Shown one piece after another: positions 13,743 through 26,243 of a stretch of 64,000 nt of DNA. The notes below the pieces were generated by a model. It searched no databases and was not told the origin of the DNA. It saw only the letters and a program-made list of their open reading frames with translations. Made by a program: the position numbers and the translations under genes. The DNA comes from Salpingoeca rosetta (lineage: Eukaryota > Protista > Choanoflagellata): the NCBI GenBank assembly GCA_033442325.1, contig JAWQFM010000006.1, positions 1,255,124 through 1,319,123 of the forward strand, given 5' to 3'. The stretch's first letter is position 1, and each line of letters opens with the position of its first letter.

Positions 13743-14328
13743 CGGTTGCAGGCGCCGCCGCAGCCACGATTCGGCGGCTATGGCGGCGGTGGTCGAGGTC
13801 GAGGTCGAGGGCGCAGAGGGCGTGGTGGTAATGGTGGCGGTGGACGCGGTCGAGGACAGAACAGACGACCGTACGTACAGCGTACACGTGTGTCTCTGCA
13901 TGTATGCGTCTGTAAACTCGTGTGTGTCTGCATGCGTGCGTGCGGGCAGCTATGCATGTTCGTGTTTGTGTCTGTGCTTGCTTGTTGCCTCTTGTTCATT
14001 GCGTGCCTGTTGCGAGTGTCGCAGTGGTGGATCATTGTGCGTGGTTTGCTACTTGCCACTCACCGAAGAGATACACTTGCCGTGTCGCTTGTCACCGTTC
14101 AGGCGTCATCGAGACGACGAGGAGCCGCAGAGCTACTTTCACATGGCCATGAGCATGGATCCGTGGCTGGCGTTGTTAACAGAGGAGGAGCGACAGCACA
14201 TCCCGTCAACCACTGTCATACCCCAGCAGCGCCAGCAGCCGCCGCCGTCGGCACCAGCACCTATCTCTCAGCCACAACACACCCCTGTCACCACCACACA
14301 GTCCAACCCAGCAACAAGCCATGAATAG
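13280..14328 (+). CDS. RGG/Pro-rich protein with MPLKIP/TTDN1-like C-terminal motif, ~166 aa; exons 13280-13435, 13752-13870, 14103-14328
   Basis: [19 protein letters not shown] start. Two GTACGT..CAG introns (phases 0 and 2) keep the frame open. [15 protein letters not shown] resembles the YFxxSMxxDPWxxL motif of MPLKIP. Confidence 0.65.
13679..13743 (+). repeat. (CAA)n trinucleotide repeat directly upstream of a splice acceptor
   Basis: About 21 CAA units followed by GGTTGCAG. Confidence 0.95.
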
Positions 14329-14783
14329 TCAAGAGGAGTGGTGTGCATATGTGTGTGCGTGTGTACGTGTGCGTGTGTGTGTGTAAGCTACGTGCATTTG
14401 CGTTCGTGTGCACGGTGTGTGTGTGTGTGTGTATGTGAACATGTGCTTCGTATCCGACTGTGATCTCCTTCTGTCCCTTGTGCTTTGTTTTCTTCCCAAT
14501 ATATCGAACTCACAGGCATCGGGTTTATGTCGTAACTAAGCAAACCACACACTCTCTCACGTGCGCGCACACGCAACTACCAAAGTACACGCTCTGCATG
14601 ATCTCAATGCTCTGATCTCGGAAGAGTAAGCAGAGCAGACGAACTTCGCACAAGGAACGAAGAAAGATGACTCCGACATGACCAGCAAAAGTCACACGAA
14701 CTACACGCTTTGGGCTATGCCGCCACAAAGAGACAAAGGCTGTGAGAATGAAATACCGAAACACACACGCGCAGCGAATCCGC

Positions 14784-14876
<93 letters not shown>

Positions 14877-14976
14877 CACGCACGCACGCATGCACGCACA
14901 CACATATGCACACACAAATACACACACATGCACACACATACAAAGCAACAACAGCGAGACAGCAAGACGGCCATCA

Positions 14977-17298
14977 TCAGAAGCGCTCAACCCATGCCGG
15001 GCGTGGGCGATGCGGAAGATACATTGGAGTGGAGCGAACAGCGTACGAGCGGGCACGCTGACCATCTGTCCCACCCACACTCATCATGCCCATTGCCATC
15101 GCAGGGGTCGTAAAGGTGACGTTACCAGCTCCGCTGCCGACCGCACTGGTGGCGCTCGTGTTGGTGGCACTGGTGCTGGTGGCGCTGCCGAAGAGAGAGA
15201 ACATGGACGTGCTGGTTGCGGTACCGGGGCGGGACGCAGTGACTAGCCGCTCTGCCGCCGCTTGGATGCGCTGGGAGAGGCGGTGGTGGAAATCGCGCGC
15301 AGCGGACGGTGTCTTGAAGGCAAGCGCGTGCGTGCGGTACACGGGCTGTTGGAACGGCTGCACGCGAATCTCCACCACGGCAACCATGTCCAGCTTGCCG
15401 CCAACGCCGGCCTGGGTGCTGCTGCAGCGCAGGTGGCGCATGGGCAGGTAGAGCAAAGGGTCGCCCGTGTTGTTGTCCGAGATGAGTAGGCCGCGGGCGT
15501 TCAGGACAACCAGACGCTTGTGGGTATCAGCCAGGTCCTTGCGCGTCAAGTGCGAGACAATTCGCCCAGCGGCGCGACAGCCCAGCTGCACCACGTCCAG
15601 CGAAGATGCACATGACATGTCGATGTGCGACACATACTTTGCCTGCACGCAAACGGGCGGCTCCTCCGATGGCACTGCAACGCGCTGGTCATCCGACGGT
15701 GATGCACCCTCATCAGGAACCACGCCAAGGGTCGCACCACGGCCGCCCCGACCCGCTTGACGCTTGGACTTGGACCTGTCGAGCGTTTGGGCTTTGCAGG
15801 CTCGGGAATCCTGGGCAACGCCCACCTTTGCCGAGGCGCGTGGTGCGTGGCCCAAGGTGCGAGAGCGCCAGCGCCGCTGTTTGCGAGACAGCGATGCTTG
15901 TTGGCGTTGTTGTTGCTGCTGCGGCTGTGGCGGTTGGTGTTGTTGGTGTTGTTGGTGTTGTTGGTGTTGTTGGTGTTGTTGGTGTTGTTGCTGCAGGTGT
16001 GTCTTGGGCGATGCAGGGCGCTGGGTCGTGGGCAGCGTGTGCTGTTGGTGGTGCTGTGCGGAACGCGTGTCCTGATCCTGCTGGTGGTGCAGGCGCTGCT
16101 GGTAGTAGGGGACGGCGTGCGAGCAGGAACTGTGGTGGCTTGTGGTGGTGTCGCTGCTGTCGCGGTGAGGTCGGGGCCCATGGTCAGGCTGGTTGGACTG
16201 GTTGGAACCCGCATCCGCCGTGTCAGCGGGTGGTGAAGGAGAGGAGGAAGACGCCGACGACGGTGCTGGTGTCGCCCTCTTGCTCCAGCGCTGCGGCACG
16301 TTTGTGGCCGGCAGGCTGCGCTGGAGCACGTCCTTGGGCACCTCGCTCACGGTGGCGTTGGTATTGGAGGAAGAGGTGCGAGAGGACCTGGTGATGCCGG
16401 AGGCGAAGCTTGGCGCGCGCTGCGCAAGGAAGGCGCGGACGGCTGGGGATGGCGCAGCAGACGTGGAGATGGTGTAACTGCGCTGTCGGGCGGACGCCGC
16501 GCGCCAGGAACGAGGGGATGGGGGAGTAGAGGAGGTCGTTGGGGCGGAGGAACATGCCGCGGGGCTGCGACCACCACCCCTGCGATTTCTGCTGGCACTG
16601 CCCGTCTTCTGGAAGTCTGTGCTGGTGTTGGGTGCCGAAGGTGCTGTGGTTGATGTTGGCGTCGTTGTTGTCGGTGGTGTGTTGGGCTTGGGCACCGGAG
16701 ACGGTGCTGCACTTTCGGGCACTTGGCCTGTTATTGCGGGTGGGGGTGCGTTTGGGCGAACCCCATGCCAAACATCAGCAGCTCCGCGGCTTGTGTCCCA
16801 ACACGAGACGCCGTCGTGGTGGCTATTGCTGGTATCGCCGGCGGGGGCGCTGGTGCTGATGCGGACGTTGATGGCGGTGGTCGGGGTGGTCGGGCGACTT
16901 GAGGTGCCACTGCTGCCCGCACTGACGGTGGCACTGCGAGAGCGACAATGCATCTGGAACGGGCTCGTACTCCTCGAGCGCGCTCGCCCTTGGTGGCGTC
17001 GCTGCTGTTGTTGTTGTTGTTGCGGTTGTTGTGGTTGTTGTGGTTGTTGTTGTGGTTGTTGTCGTTGCTGCTGGTGCTCGTGCAGGCTCGACACATTATC
17101 AACACTGTTGATTGGAGCGGGACTGGCGTTGTTGGTGCCTGCAAGCACGCGCAAGCTGTTGTCGCAGCTGTTGCCATTGCTGTCGTTGTTTGTGGCGGTG
17201 GTGGTGGTGGGTTTGAACTTGGCAGCACTGGACGCACGCAACATGGCGTGTTGGTGGTGGTGGTGCGCAAGCTGGCGCACGGTGATGTCCACATCCAT
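14977..17298 (-). CDS. Disordered Q/S/T-rich protein with C-terminal PTB/PID domain, apparently single exon
   Basis: ATG at 17298 (MDVDITVRQL). At ~15260-15655: VQAKYVSHIDM...LVVLNARGLLISD...LYLPMRHLRCSS...THALAFKTPSAARDFHHRLSQRI, a PTB-fold pattern. Confidence 0.7.
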   Translation of the reverse strand: MDVDITVRQLAHHHHQHAMLRASSAAKFKPTTTTATNNDSNGNSCDNSLRVLAGTNNASPAPINSVDNVSSLHEHQQQRQQPQQQPQQPQQPQQQQQQQRRHQGRARSRSTSPFQMHCRSRSATVSAGSSGTSSRPTTPTTAINVRISTSAPAGDTSNSHHDGVSCWDTSRGAADVWHGVRPNAPPPAITGQVPESAAPSPVPKPNTPPTTTTPTSTTAPSAPNTSTDFQKTGSASRNRRGGGRSPAACSSAPTTSSTPPSPRSWRAASARQRSYTISTSAAPSPAVRAFLAQRAPSFASGITRSSRTSSSNTNATVSEVPKDVLQRSLPATNVPQRWSKRATPAPSSASSSSPSPPADTADAGSNQSNQPDHGPRPHRDSSDTTTSHHSSCSHAVPYYQQRLHHQQDQDTRSAQHHQQHTLPTTQRPASPKTHLQQQHQQHQQHQQHQQHQQHQPPQPQQQQQRQQASLSRKQRRWRSRTLGHAPRASAKVGVAQDSRACKAQTLDRSKSKRQAGRGGRGATLGVVPDEGASPSDDQRVAVPSEEPPVCVQAKYVSHIDMSCASSLDVVQLGCRAAGRIVSHLTRKDLADTHKRLVVLNARGLLISDNNTGDPLLYLPMRHLRCSSTQAGVGGKLDMVAVVEIRVQPFQQPVYRTHALAFKTPSAARDFHHRLSQRIQAAAERLVTASRPGTATSTSMFSLFGSATSTSATNTSATSAVGSGAGNVTFTTPAMAMGMMSVGGTDGQRARSYAVRSTPMYLPHRPRPAWVERF

Positions 17299-18332
17299 GG
17301 TCTGGCTTTCTCTCAATGCGCAAGTTGAACACCTGCAGCGCGCGTTGGGACCAGGAACGATGGATGGATGGGTGGATGGGTGGATGGGTGGATGGATGGC
17401 ACGCGACCAAACAACGAGAAAGTGGTCGTGGCAAGCGTGGTGGTGTGGGTTGGTGGGCACCAAAGCAAGCACAAGCAAGCACAAGCAAGCACGCCAAGTG
17501 AGGCGAGCACGTCAGCAAGGGTTGCTCGAGGAAGAATCAATGAGCACCACCAAGACAGGCACACACATACCTGCTGACGTGGTGTGCGGCACACAGAAGA
17601 ACAAGCGAAGCAAGAGAGGGGGGCATGGGAAGAAAGGCATGGAAGAGCAACAGGATGGTTGGATTGTGTGGATGTGCCTGTTTGGGTCTGTCATGGGGGC
17701 GGTGTGGCGATGGTTGGGTGTTGGATACAGGGATAGTGAGACTGACTGCCTTGGGGAGTTTGGGAGCAAGGCGAAAGCGTGTGTGTGACACGGAGGGAGG
17801 ACAGGGCGTGGGCGATGCTTTGGCGGTGTTCTTCTTGGCGATGTTTGTTTGTTGCAGGCAAACAAGCAAGCACGTTGAGGGTGGCGAAGCAAGCGCGTGT
17901 CGATTGCGTGGCGTTGCATTTAGTCAGGGTTTAGAAGCGAACAATCCCAAACGCGCGCCGAACCGCATAGCCTGGCTGCCACGCATGCTTTTCCGGGTGT
18001 GCGAGAACGTTGGTTGGCTGTGCTGTGTGCTGTGTGCTGGTGTGTGTTGTGTGCTGTGTGTGCGGTGTGGGAGAGATGACAGTGTGTTGGCGAGAGTGTG
18101 TCATTCATTCATTCATGCATCCAGGAACACACCAACAGCAGCTACACACCAATAACACCAACACAAAACGCCAGCAAGGAAGAGCAAGTTTCTTTGTTTG
18201 CCGAGCAACACCAGCACCAAGACGACCAATCCCAGCAACAGCCAAGCAAGTAGTCCAACCAACAAGTCCAACCAACCCGTCCAACCAACCCAGTCCAACC
18301 AGCCAGCCAATTAACCAGAGACAGGGGCGAGG

Positions 18333-18911
18333 ATGAACTTTGAGCAGGATACGGTCGGGGTGTGCGAGTCGCTGGCCCGCAACCAGCCAAAGCAGCTGGG
18401 GAAGCCAGCCACGCCACGCGTGCACAAGACGTTCACGGCAAAGTACTTTGGGTTTGCGCTGTGCAAGAACGGCGACAACAACAAGCTGCTCTCCTACGCC
18501 AGCCGTGCCCTGGAGGCCGTGCTGCGCGCGGAGACAAAGGCCGCAAAGGTCACCGTGGAGGTGACCTCCGACCAGGTCACCATGACCACAACAAAGGGGG
18601 AGCGCGTGGCCGTCATCCCAATTGCTGAGCTGCGCTCCTTTGCGCGCCACCAGTCCGACAAGACCGCCAAGCCCAAGATGATCACCCTCATGGCGCTGAA
18701 CCGCTTCAACGAGGACAAGCACAAGCCGTACCAGTGCTTCATGATCATGACCAACACCACCGCAGACGCCGACGCCCTGTGCGACTGCATCAACATGGCC
18801 TTCAACTACGCATCCGAGTACAAGCGCATGCTTGAGGAGAAGCGGCAGCACGACTCAAAGCTTGCCAAGCTGCCAGGATCCCCACGCCTCGTCCGCGTTG
18901 GCTGGTCCTAG
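18333..18911 (+). CDS. Small PTB/PID-domain protein, 192 aa
   Basis: FTAKYFG...KVTVEVTSDQVTM...IPIAELRSFA...CFMIMT...ADALCDCINMAFNYA: canonical PTB start (FxAKYLG) and end helix. GC3-rich codons. Confidence 0.8.
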   Translation: MNFEQDTVGVCESLARNQPKQLGKPATPRVHKTFTAKYFGFALCKNGDNNKLLSYASRALEAVLRAETKAAKVTVEVTSDQVTMTTTKGERVAVIPIAELRSFARHQSDKTAKPKMITLMALNRFNEDKHKPYQCFMIMTNTTADADALCDCINMAFNYASEYKRMLEEKRQHDSKLAKLPGSPRLVRVGWS

Positions 18912-18932
18912 CTTGCTTGTGGTTGTGAGCGC

Positions 18933-19037
<105 letters not shown>

Positions 19038-19137
19038 NNNNNNNNNNNNNNNNNNNNNNNNNNNNNNNNNNNNNNNNNNNNNNNNNNNNNNNNNNNNNNN
19101 NNNNNNNNNNNNNNNNNNNNNNNNNNNNNNNNNNNNN
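19038..19137. other. Assembly gap (100 N) after (GT)n
   Basis: Run of N. Confidence 0.99.
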
Positions 19138-19331
19138 CTGCAGTAGAGCAGCCAGCAGCCAGTACACATGTCTGTCAGAACGCGCCAGTCAGCCAGTGAG
19201 TGAGTGCCAGCGTGCCAGCGTGCTGCGTGCAGGGACAGGAGAGGAAGGTGGGAACGTTGTGTGTGGTGTATTTTTGGCGCACTGTGGAAAACGACAAGCT
19301 GCTGAAGCAAGAACAACGGACACGGACGACA

Positions 19332-19818
19332 ATGAACGACCATGACGTGGAGCATGGAGGGCGAAGCCAAAGAGGAAGAGGTGGTGGTGGTGGAAAGCAC
19401 GCCACGACCGCGGCGGTGCTGGTGAGCATGGCTGCGCTGGTGTGCGCGGGCGTGTACCTCGCGTGGAACCAGGACGTCGCGTTAGAACTCCTGGCGTGGT
19501 TGGAGGCCTCTCCCATGCATGTCCGCCTCATCGCCTTTGCCCTCTTGTACATCATGGCTTCCCTTCCCATGATGCTTGGCTGCGTCGTCCTCAACGTCAC
19601 AGCAGGTACTTTTGTGTGTGCGTGTGTGTGTGTGTGTCTGTGTGTCTGTGTGTCTGTGTGTCTGTGTGTGTATGTACTTTTGTGTGTGCGTGTGTGTGTG
19701 TGTGTCTGTGTGTCTGTGTGTCTGTGTGTCTGTGTGTGTATGTACTTTTGTGTGTGCGTGTCTGTGTGTGTCTGTGTGTATGTACTTTTGTTTGTGTGTC
19801 TGTGTGTCTGTACTTTTG

Positions 19819-19893
<75 letters not shown>

Positions 19894-20124
19894 GTGTATG
19901 TGTGTTTGGAAACGGGCTTGGGCAAAGCAGAGGCTTAGAGATGCTTGATGCATGCAACCCACACTCACACCAACCTTACATTCACACACACACACACGTG
20001 TGCGCGCACGTAATGTGAACACGCATTCACGCTCCACCAGGGTTCCTGTTTGGGTTCTGGCTTGGCTGCGCTGTGAGCGTGGCATCGGCCGTGTTGGGCG
20101 CGGTGCTCGTCACCCACGCGTCGT

Positions 20125-20186
<62 letters not shown>

Positions 20187-20629
20187 TTGCAGCTCTTTCT
20201 ATGCGTTGATGTAGTACTGTGTCGTGCTTCGTCTGTGCTTCACGCTCACCTGAATACCCGCACCCCAACGTAACACACTCCTGGTAGACGGTGGCTGCTG
20301 TCATGATGACGGTTGCTGTGAGCATTCTGACGCGGAGAGAGCTTCGCCGTTTGCACATGCACACCCTCGTTAATGGCAACCCAGCCTACAGTCCCGCAGC
20401 CAGTGCCAATGACAGGGGCAACGGTGATGGCGCCGCCGGCGGTGGTATTGATGATCGCTTTGCTGCAACTACAGCGGCGACCATGCAGACCACCAGTTCG
20501 CGTGGCCGTGCCACTCGCGACCTCCTTCAAAGCGACAGCCCTCACCACACGCTCGTCAACGTGGGTGCCCAGACCAGCCCTCACGGTCCCAGCACCAAGT
20601 CCACGGCGTCCACGGCGGGCTTGCCCTGA
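19332..20629 (+). CDS. TMEM64/VTT (DedA/SNARE-associated) family membrane protein, apparently incomplete; exons 19332-19605, 20041-~20125, 20288-20629
   Basis: LLAWLE...[24 protein letters not shown]|[20 protein letters not shown] is the VTT N-terminal signature. The central part of the domain is not visible. Confidence 0.6.
19818..19892 (+). repeat. (TCTG)n tetranucleotide microsatellite
   Basis: Tandem TCTG units in intron. Confidence 0.9.
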
Positions 20630-21096
20630 ACGCGTGCTGCCGTCGCGGCTCGGTTCCACTGGTGACGCAGTGATGATGATGATGATGTGACGGCACTTTG
20701 CCGGGGCGGCTCTCGCAGTTCCGTTTTGTAGCTGTGTGGCGCACACTCACGCCAAGAGGGTGTTTTCGCAGATGCCACGCCAGATAAGGGAATTAGCGAA
20801 TACTTCCTCCATATCTATATGCTGACCATGTACATACGTGCTGATTGACCAGAGAGAAGAAGAGAAGTAAATGACGCAATACACGCACGTGTGCACGATG
20901 CACTGAACGGTCGATAAGAGGCGCAGAGCAGAGAGGGAACATTGGGGGAGGGCAGGGGGCGAGGGTGGACAGGAGATGGTCGCAAGGTGGGGAGACGATC
21001 GCAACGTGAACGAACCACATGCACTCGAGTCACAGAGATGTGTGCGCGCACGCGTGTGTGTGTGTGTGTATGTGTGTGTGCGTGCGTGTGTTGCAG

Positions 21097-21243
21097 CTAG
21101 TCTGCAAGCACGCTTGGGTCAAATCCTGATACAAACAAAAAGAACGACGCAGGAAAGCAAGAGACACATTGTGGGAACCGTGGTGTGGTGCAGACGCGTA
21201 CTGTCAGCATGAGAAGATGCGAGATTGACAGGGAGAGAGAGAA

Positions 21244-21274
<31 letters not shown>

Positions 21275-21367
21275 CAGAGACAGAGACAGACAGAGACAGG
21301 GACAGAGAGACAGACAGAGACAGACAGAGACAGACAGACAGAGACAGACAGAGACAGACAGACAGAA

Positions 21368-21400
<33 letters not shown>

Positions 21401-21716
21401 AAGAGAGAGAGGGAGAGAAGAGGGGGCACACACACACGCGCACACACGCACACGCACACACAGACACACACACGCGCGCGCACACACGCACACACGCATA
21501 CACACACACACTCTCTCTCTCTCTCCAAATGTCTCACCTGGACCAGTCTGTGGCAGGAGGTCACGCTTCGGTGTCCATGTTTGGAGGACTGTTGGCAGCA
21601 AGGAACACATGCGCAACGCGGCATCAGCCGTAAGGAACATACGCCAAAGAGCAACCCGTTTTCACACACACAGACAGAGAGAGCATGTGTGTGTGTGAGA
21701 GAGAGATATATATATC

Positions 21717-21747
<31 letters not shown>

Positions 21748-22053
21748 AGCAACTCACGTTCGCTCTTGTTCATGGCGTTGCATTCTGGTGTCAGTGAAGC
21801 CCACGCACACCAGTAATTACGAAGGAGGCACGGCACAAGGTGAGAGTGTGTGAGAGTGTGAGAGCAAGCGATTGCAGAGGGTGGATGTACACAGGCACGG
21901 ACGCGAGAGGTGGACTCTGATGGTGGGACTCACGTGCTGTGAAGAAGGCAGTCACTTCCTGCTTGTTCAGCTGAGGCGGCCTGCAAACAAATGTGTGTGT
22001 TTGTAAGGAAGGGAGAGAAAGTGGGGTAACCAATGGCTTATGTGTCTGCGACG

Positions 22054-22128
<75 letters not shown>

Positions 22129-22161
22129 CTCTCTCTCTCTCTCTCACCTTGGTTGATCCAT
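21097..22161 (-). CDS. 55-aa microprotein in five micro-exons (22161-22148, 21980-21934, 21784-21758, 21588-21538, 21125-21097): MDQPRPPQLNKQEVTAFFTAQCNAMNKSELLQTWTPKRDLLPQTGPGFDPSVLAD
   Basis: Four strong donors (GTGAGA, GTGAGT, GTGAGT, GTGAGA) and CAG acceptors. Phases 2,1,1,1 join into 168 nt from ATG to TAG with no internal stop. Confidence 0.65.
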
Positions 22162-22307
22162 CGCTTCTTCACTCCCTCCTTCTCCTGTCTGTGTGCGTTT
22201 TGCAAATTGCGGCTCCTCCGAGAACAATTGGCAAAACCACACCTCCTGCTGAACACAAACAACACACAACAAAGCAACAACAACAACTCCCACACCCGAC
22301 TGCGGCG

Positions 22308-24839
22308 ATGGCAACCAAGTTTGCCTTGTCGGCGTTTTCGGCAGTGGCTGCTGAGACATGCACGTTTCCACTGGACCTCACCAAGACCCGGATGATGATC
22401 GCCACGCAAGCTGGCCAGCCAGTACGTGCTTTTGTTTCAGCCTTGTCTTGTTTCCCCCACTACGTTTGCGCAATGGTTGAGATTCACTCATTTGGGAACA
22501 GTGACACATTGCTTCCTCGCTTGCGCACGAGTACTCTCTCTCTCGCTCTCTCGCCTGTGCCCACTGCACTTGCTGCGCTCGATGCGCACGCCGATGCTGT
22601 CTGAATCTCAACTGCTGTTGTTTGTTTGTGGTGCACAGGCCCACGGCATGTTTGCCACAGCTGCCAGCATCGTCCGAAATGAGGGCCTGCGCTATTTATG
22701 GAGGGGATGTCCCCCAGCGCTGCTGCGACACGTCATCTACTCAGGTTCAGTGCGGCCTGCACCCTCGCTCCATTGCCGATGTTTGGGATGTGCTCAGTAC
22801 CGTCGCACGCAATGCTTCCTGGTGCACTGGCTGATGCGCTCTGCTGGTTAACGTCCGATGTTGCTGGCTTGGCTTTTGTCATCGCAGGCTCCCGCGTGTG
22901 TCTTTACGAAGTGTTTCGAGATAATGTGTTCGGCAAGAACAAAGACGGTTCCGTTGCTGCTTGGAAGGCCGTGACATGTGCGTTCAGTGTGCTTGGGTTT
23001 GTTTGGTTTGTTTGGTTTGTTTGGTATGGTGTGGGTTGGATTGTTTGGTGTGGCTTGGTGTGAGCTGGGTGAGCGTGGGTTGTTTGCTCGTGCTTGAGTT
23101 GTATGGGTTGCTTGGGTTTATGTCTGCGTCGTGCGACATCAACGTGCTGGGAATCTGGTGACACCGTTTTGCCTCGCCTGTCGACCACACGAACTCGCAG
23201 GCGGGCTGTTGGCTGGTGCCGTTGGCCAATTGATTGCCAGCCCAACCGACTTGGTGAAGGTGTGTTCAGCCTGCAGCATCCCGCGTAATTGTGTACGTTG
23301 CCACATACGTATTGTGGTGGTTGCTGATGTCGCCTCACCGTGTTGTATGCTCGTGTTGGCGATCCCTGGAGTAGGTTCGGCTCGCTGGACAGGGCGCTGA
23401 CGCTGCACTAGGCAAGCCCCTTCGATACAAGGTTGGTATGTGTGTGTGTCTGTGTCTGTATGTGTGTGTGTGTGTGTCTGTCTGTGTGTCTGTCTGTCTG
23501 TCTGTCTGTGTGTGTGTGTGTTTGTGTGTGTCTCTGTCTGTGTGTGTGTCTGTGTCTGTGTGTCTGTGTCTGTGTCTGTGTGTGTCAATGTGTGTGTGTG
23601 TGTATCTGTACCTGTTCATCTGTCTGCGTCTGTGGTTACTTGGTTTATCTATCTGCGTGTGGTGTGAAGAGGAAGCAGGGGGCACGTGCTGCTTTGTGAG
23701 CTGGGGTTTTGCCAGGTTGCACTCATGAGCGTGATGACTGTACAACGTGCATTGCCGTGACCCCCAGGGCACGTTCCATGCGTTCTCCTGCATCGTACGA
23801 GAGGAAGGCGTCCTCGGGCTGTGGAAAGGGTGTGTCCCCAATGTACAGCGTGCTGCCATTGTCGGCTTCAGTGAGCTCGCCACATACAACCTGGCGAAGG
23901 ACACATATCGCAAGCTGGTGCGTGCTTCGAGTCTGTGTGTGTGTCTGTGTGTCTGTGTACGTCAGCGTGTCTAGGAACGCGTGTTGTGGTTTGCGATGCA
24001 TGCGTGTCGCTGTGCTCTCGTCTCATAAACCCGGCGTTGTGTGTTTCTATGTGTGTGTGTGTCGCCTGTGGACGCCTGCGTTGTCCGTTTGCAGCTGGGC
24101 GACAACCCTGTCTCTCATACCCTCTCAAGCTTAACGTCCAGCTTCGTCTGCGCCGTTGCAAGTGCGTTCGTTGCACGAGGATGGCCTGTTTGTGCGGTAT
24201 TCGTGTGTGTGTGTGTGTGTCTGTGCGGTATTTGTGTGTTGTGTCTGTGTGTGTGTGTGTCTGTGTGTGTCTGTGTGTCTGTGCGATATTTGTGTGTATG
24301 TGTGTGTGTCTGTGTGTGTGTGTGTGGGGGGGGGGGTCTGTGTGCGTGTGCGTGTGTTTGTCTGTCTGCCTGTCTGTCGACCAATGTGCCGGGTTTTTTT
24401 TTTTCTGTGTATCATCTCACGACGTCGTCACGTGTTGACCGCAGGCACGCCGGCCGATCTTGTGAAGACGCGCGTCATGAATCAGCCCGTAGTCAACGGA
24501 AAGTGGGTTCCGCAAACCACACCCACGCCAGCCCTTGCATTTGCCTTTCTTCATGCAGCTTACAACAACCTCTGCAGTTGCTTTTCAGCTCACACATACA
24601 CACACACTCACACATACACACGCACACACTCACGCATGCGCCGACAGAGGGGTGTTGTATAAGAGCAGCTTTGACTGTCTTCGCCAAAGTGTACGGGCTG
24701 ATGGCTTTCTCTCCCTGTGGCGTGGACTTTTGCCCGTGTGGCTGCGCATGGTAACTGGAGCTTGTGCTGGCGCTGCAATTGTCACCGCAGTTCACTCGCA
24801 ACCAGACCTCCCCGCCTTGTCTTTCAACGTTCAGGACAT

Positions 24840-24892
<53 letters not shown>

Positions 24893-25089
24893 CAAAAGAC
24901 AGACACACACACGTACAAAAGACAGACACATACACACACACACGTACAAAAGACAGGCACATACACACACACACACATGTACGCACTCTCACCCACCATC
25001 CACTCGCAACCGTACAGACGCCGTGGTCACTGGTGTTCTGGCTCACATATGAGCAGACGCGCAACCTGGTTGGCTTGGAATCCTTCTAG
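22308..25089 (+). CDS. SLC25A27: Mitochondrial carrier, uncoupling protein 4-like (~10 exons)
   Basis: Three carrier signatures: [38 protein letters not shown]4-like segments [17 protein letters not shown] and C-terminal [23 protein letters not shown]. Confidence 0.9.
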
Positions 25090-26243
25090 CGCCAGACTCG
25101 AGGCTTCATCAACAGTGCTGGTACGTTTCGTTTGCACACACACACACATCACACACGTATCGCAGCACGAATGCTGCAGCCAATGTTGAATTTGTCAGCG
25201 TTTACTGTGATGCTGTACAAGGCGCGGTTCCGACCTTCCATCTGCCACGCGCTTGCGGTGTCGATGTTGGTGTCGTCGCTGCGTCTGTGCATGATGTGCG
25301 TGCTCACTCACACGTCATGCACCCACAAACGAACCAACAAAACAACCAAGACACAGGCGCAAGCGCGGCAGGCAGGCAACCGAACATGAAAGGCCAGGAC
25401 GCGCACAACAGCGGCGGCAGCAACGCGGCAGCCAGTTAGGTAAGGAAATAGATGAAAGCAAGAAATACGAAAAATGGATGCGCAAAAATGGAAACTTGAT
25501 TGGTATTGGTGGCCCGAGCAACGGGGGCAAACCCACGCGCGCTGGCGTGAAATGTCCCGAAAAGCAGCCATGTATGTAAAGCAAGCAATAAAGTAAGAGA
25601 GGAGCAATTGGAGGCAAAGGGGTCATGGGTGACAGACAAGAAGAGACACGAATGGTCAACATCACTTCATGTCAACAAGTCTGTTAAAAGCATCACGTAG
25701 GTCGTAGGAAGAGTAAGGCAGGTAGGGCGGGTCAGGGTCGGGCAATTGGGCGTAAAGCAAACAACACTACAACACAACACCACACTAAACAAGGCGCGCA
25801 GCCACCAAGAAAACAAACGGGGCTTTGCTCCCATGCCAGCAAGGGACACAGGCAAGCAAACCCAGGGCGGGCATGACGGCACAAAACTTAGGAAAGACCA
25901 ACAACATCAAGCAAGCAAGAAAGAAAGCAAGAAACAAACAAACAAACAAAGAAAGAAAAAAAGGGAGGCTGCACACACAGCGCAGCGGCAGTCAACAGCT
26001 GTCCAGTCAATAGGCAATGAGAACAAAGTGGGCAGGTGCAAGATGCACAAAGGCACAGTTTTGTATTGTTTCGCAAGTCCATGAATGTACAGGCTGCTGA
26101 TAAGTAAACGTCAGGTCGAGGGGATGGTTGGATGGATGGTTGGCTGGATGGATGGGGGGGGGGCAAGGAAGTCACACGATAGGCAGTTGGGGCCCTCTGT
26201 GTGTTGGCCACCCAATGGACTCAGCTCACAAGCGGTGAGGTTT

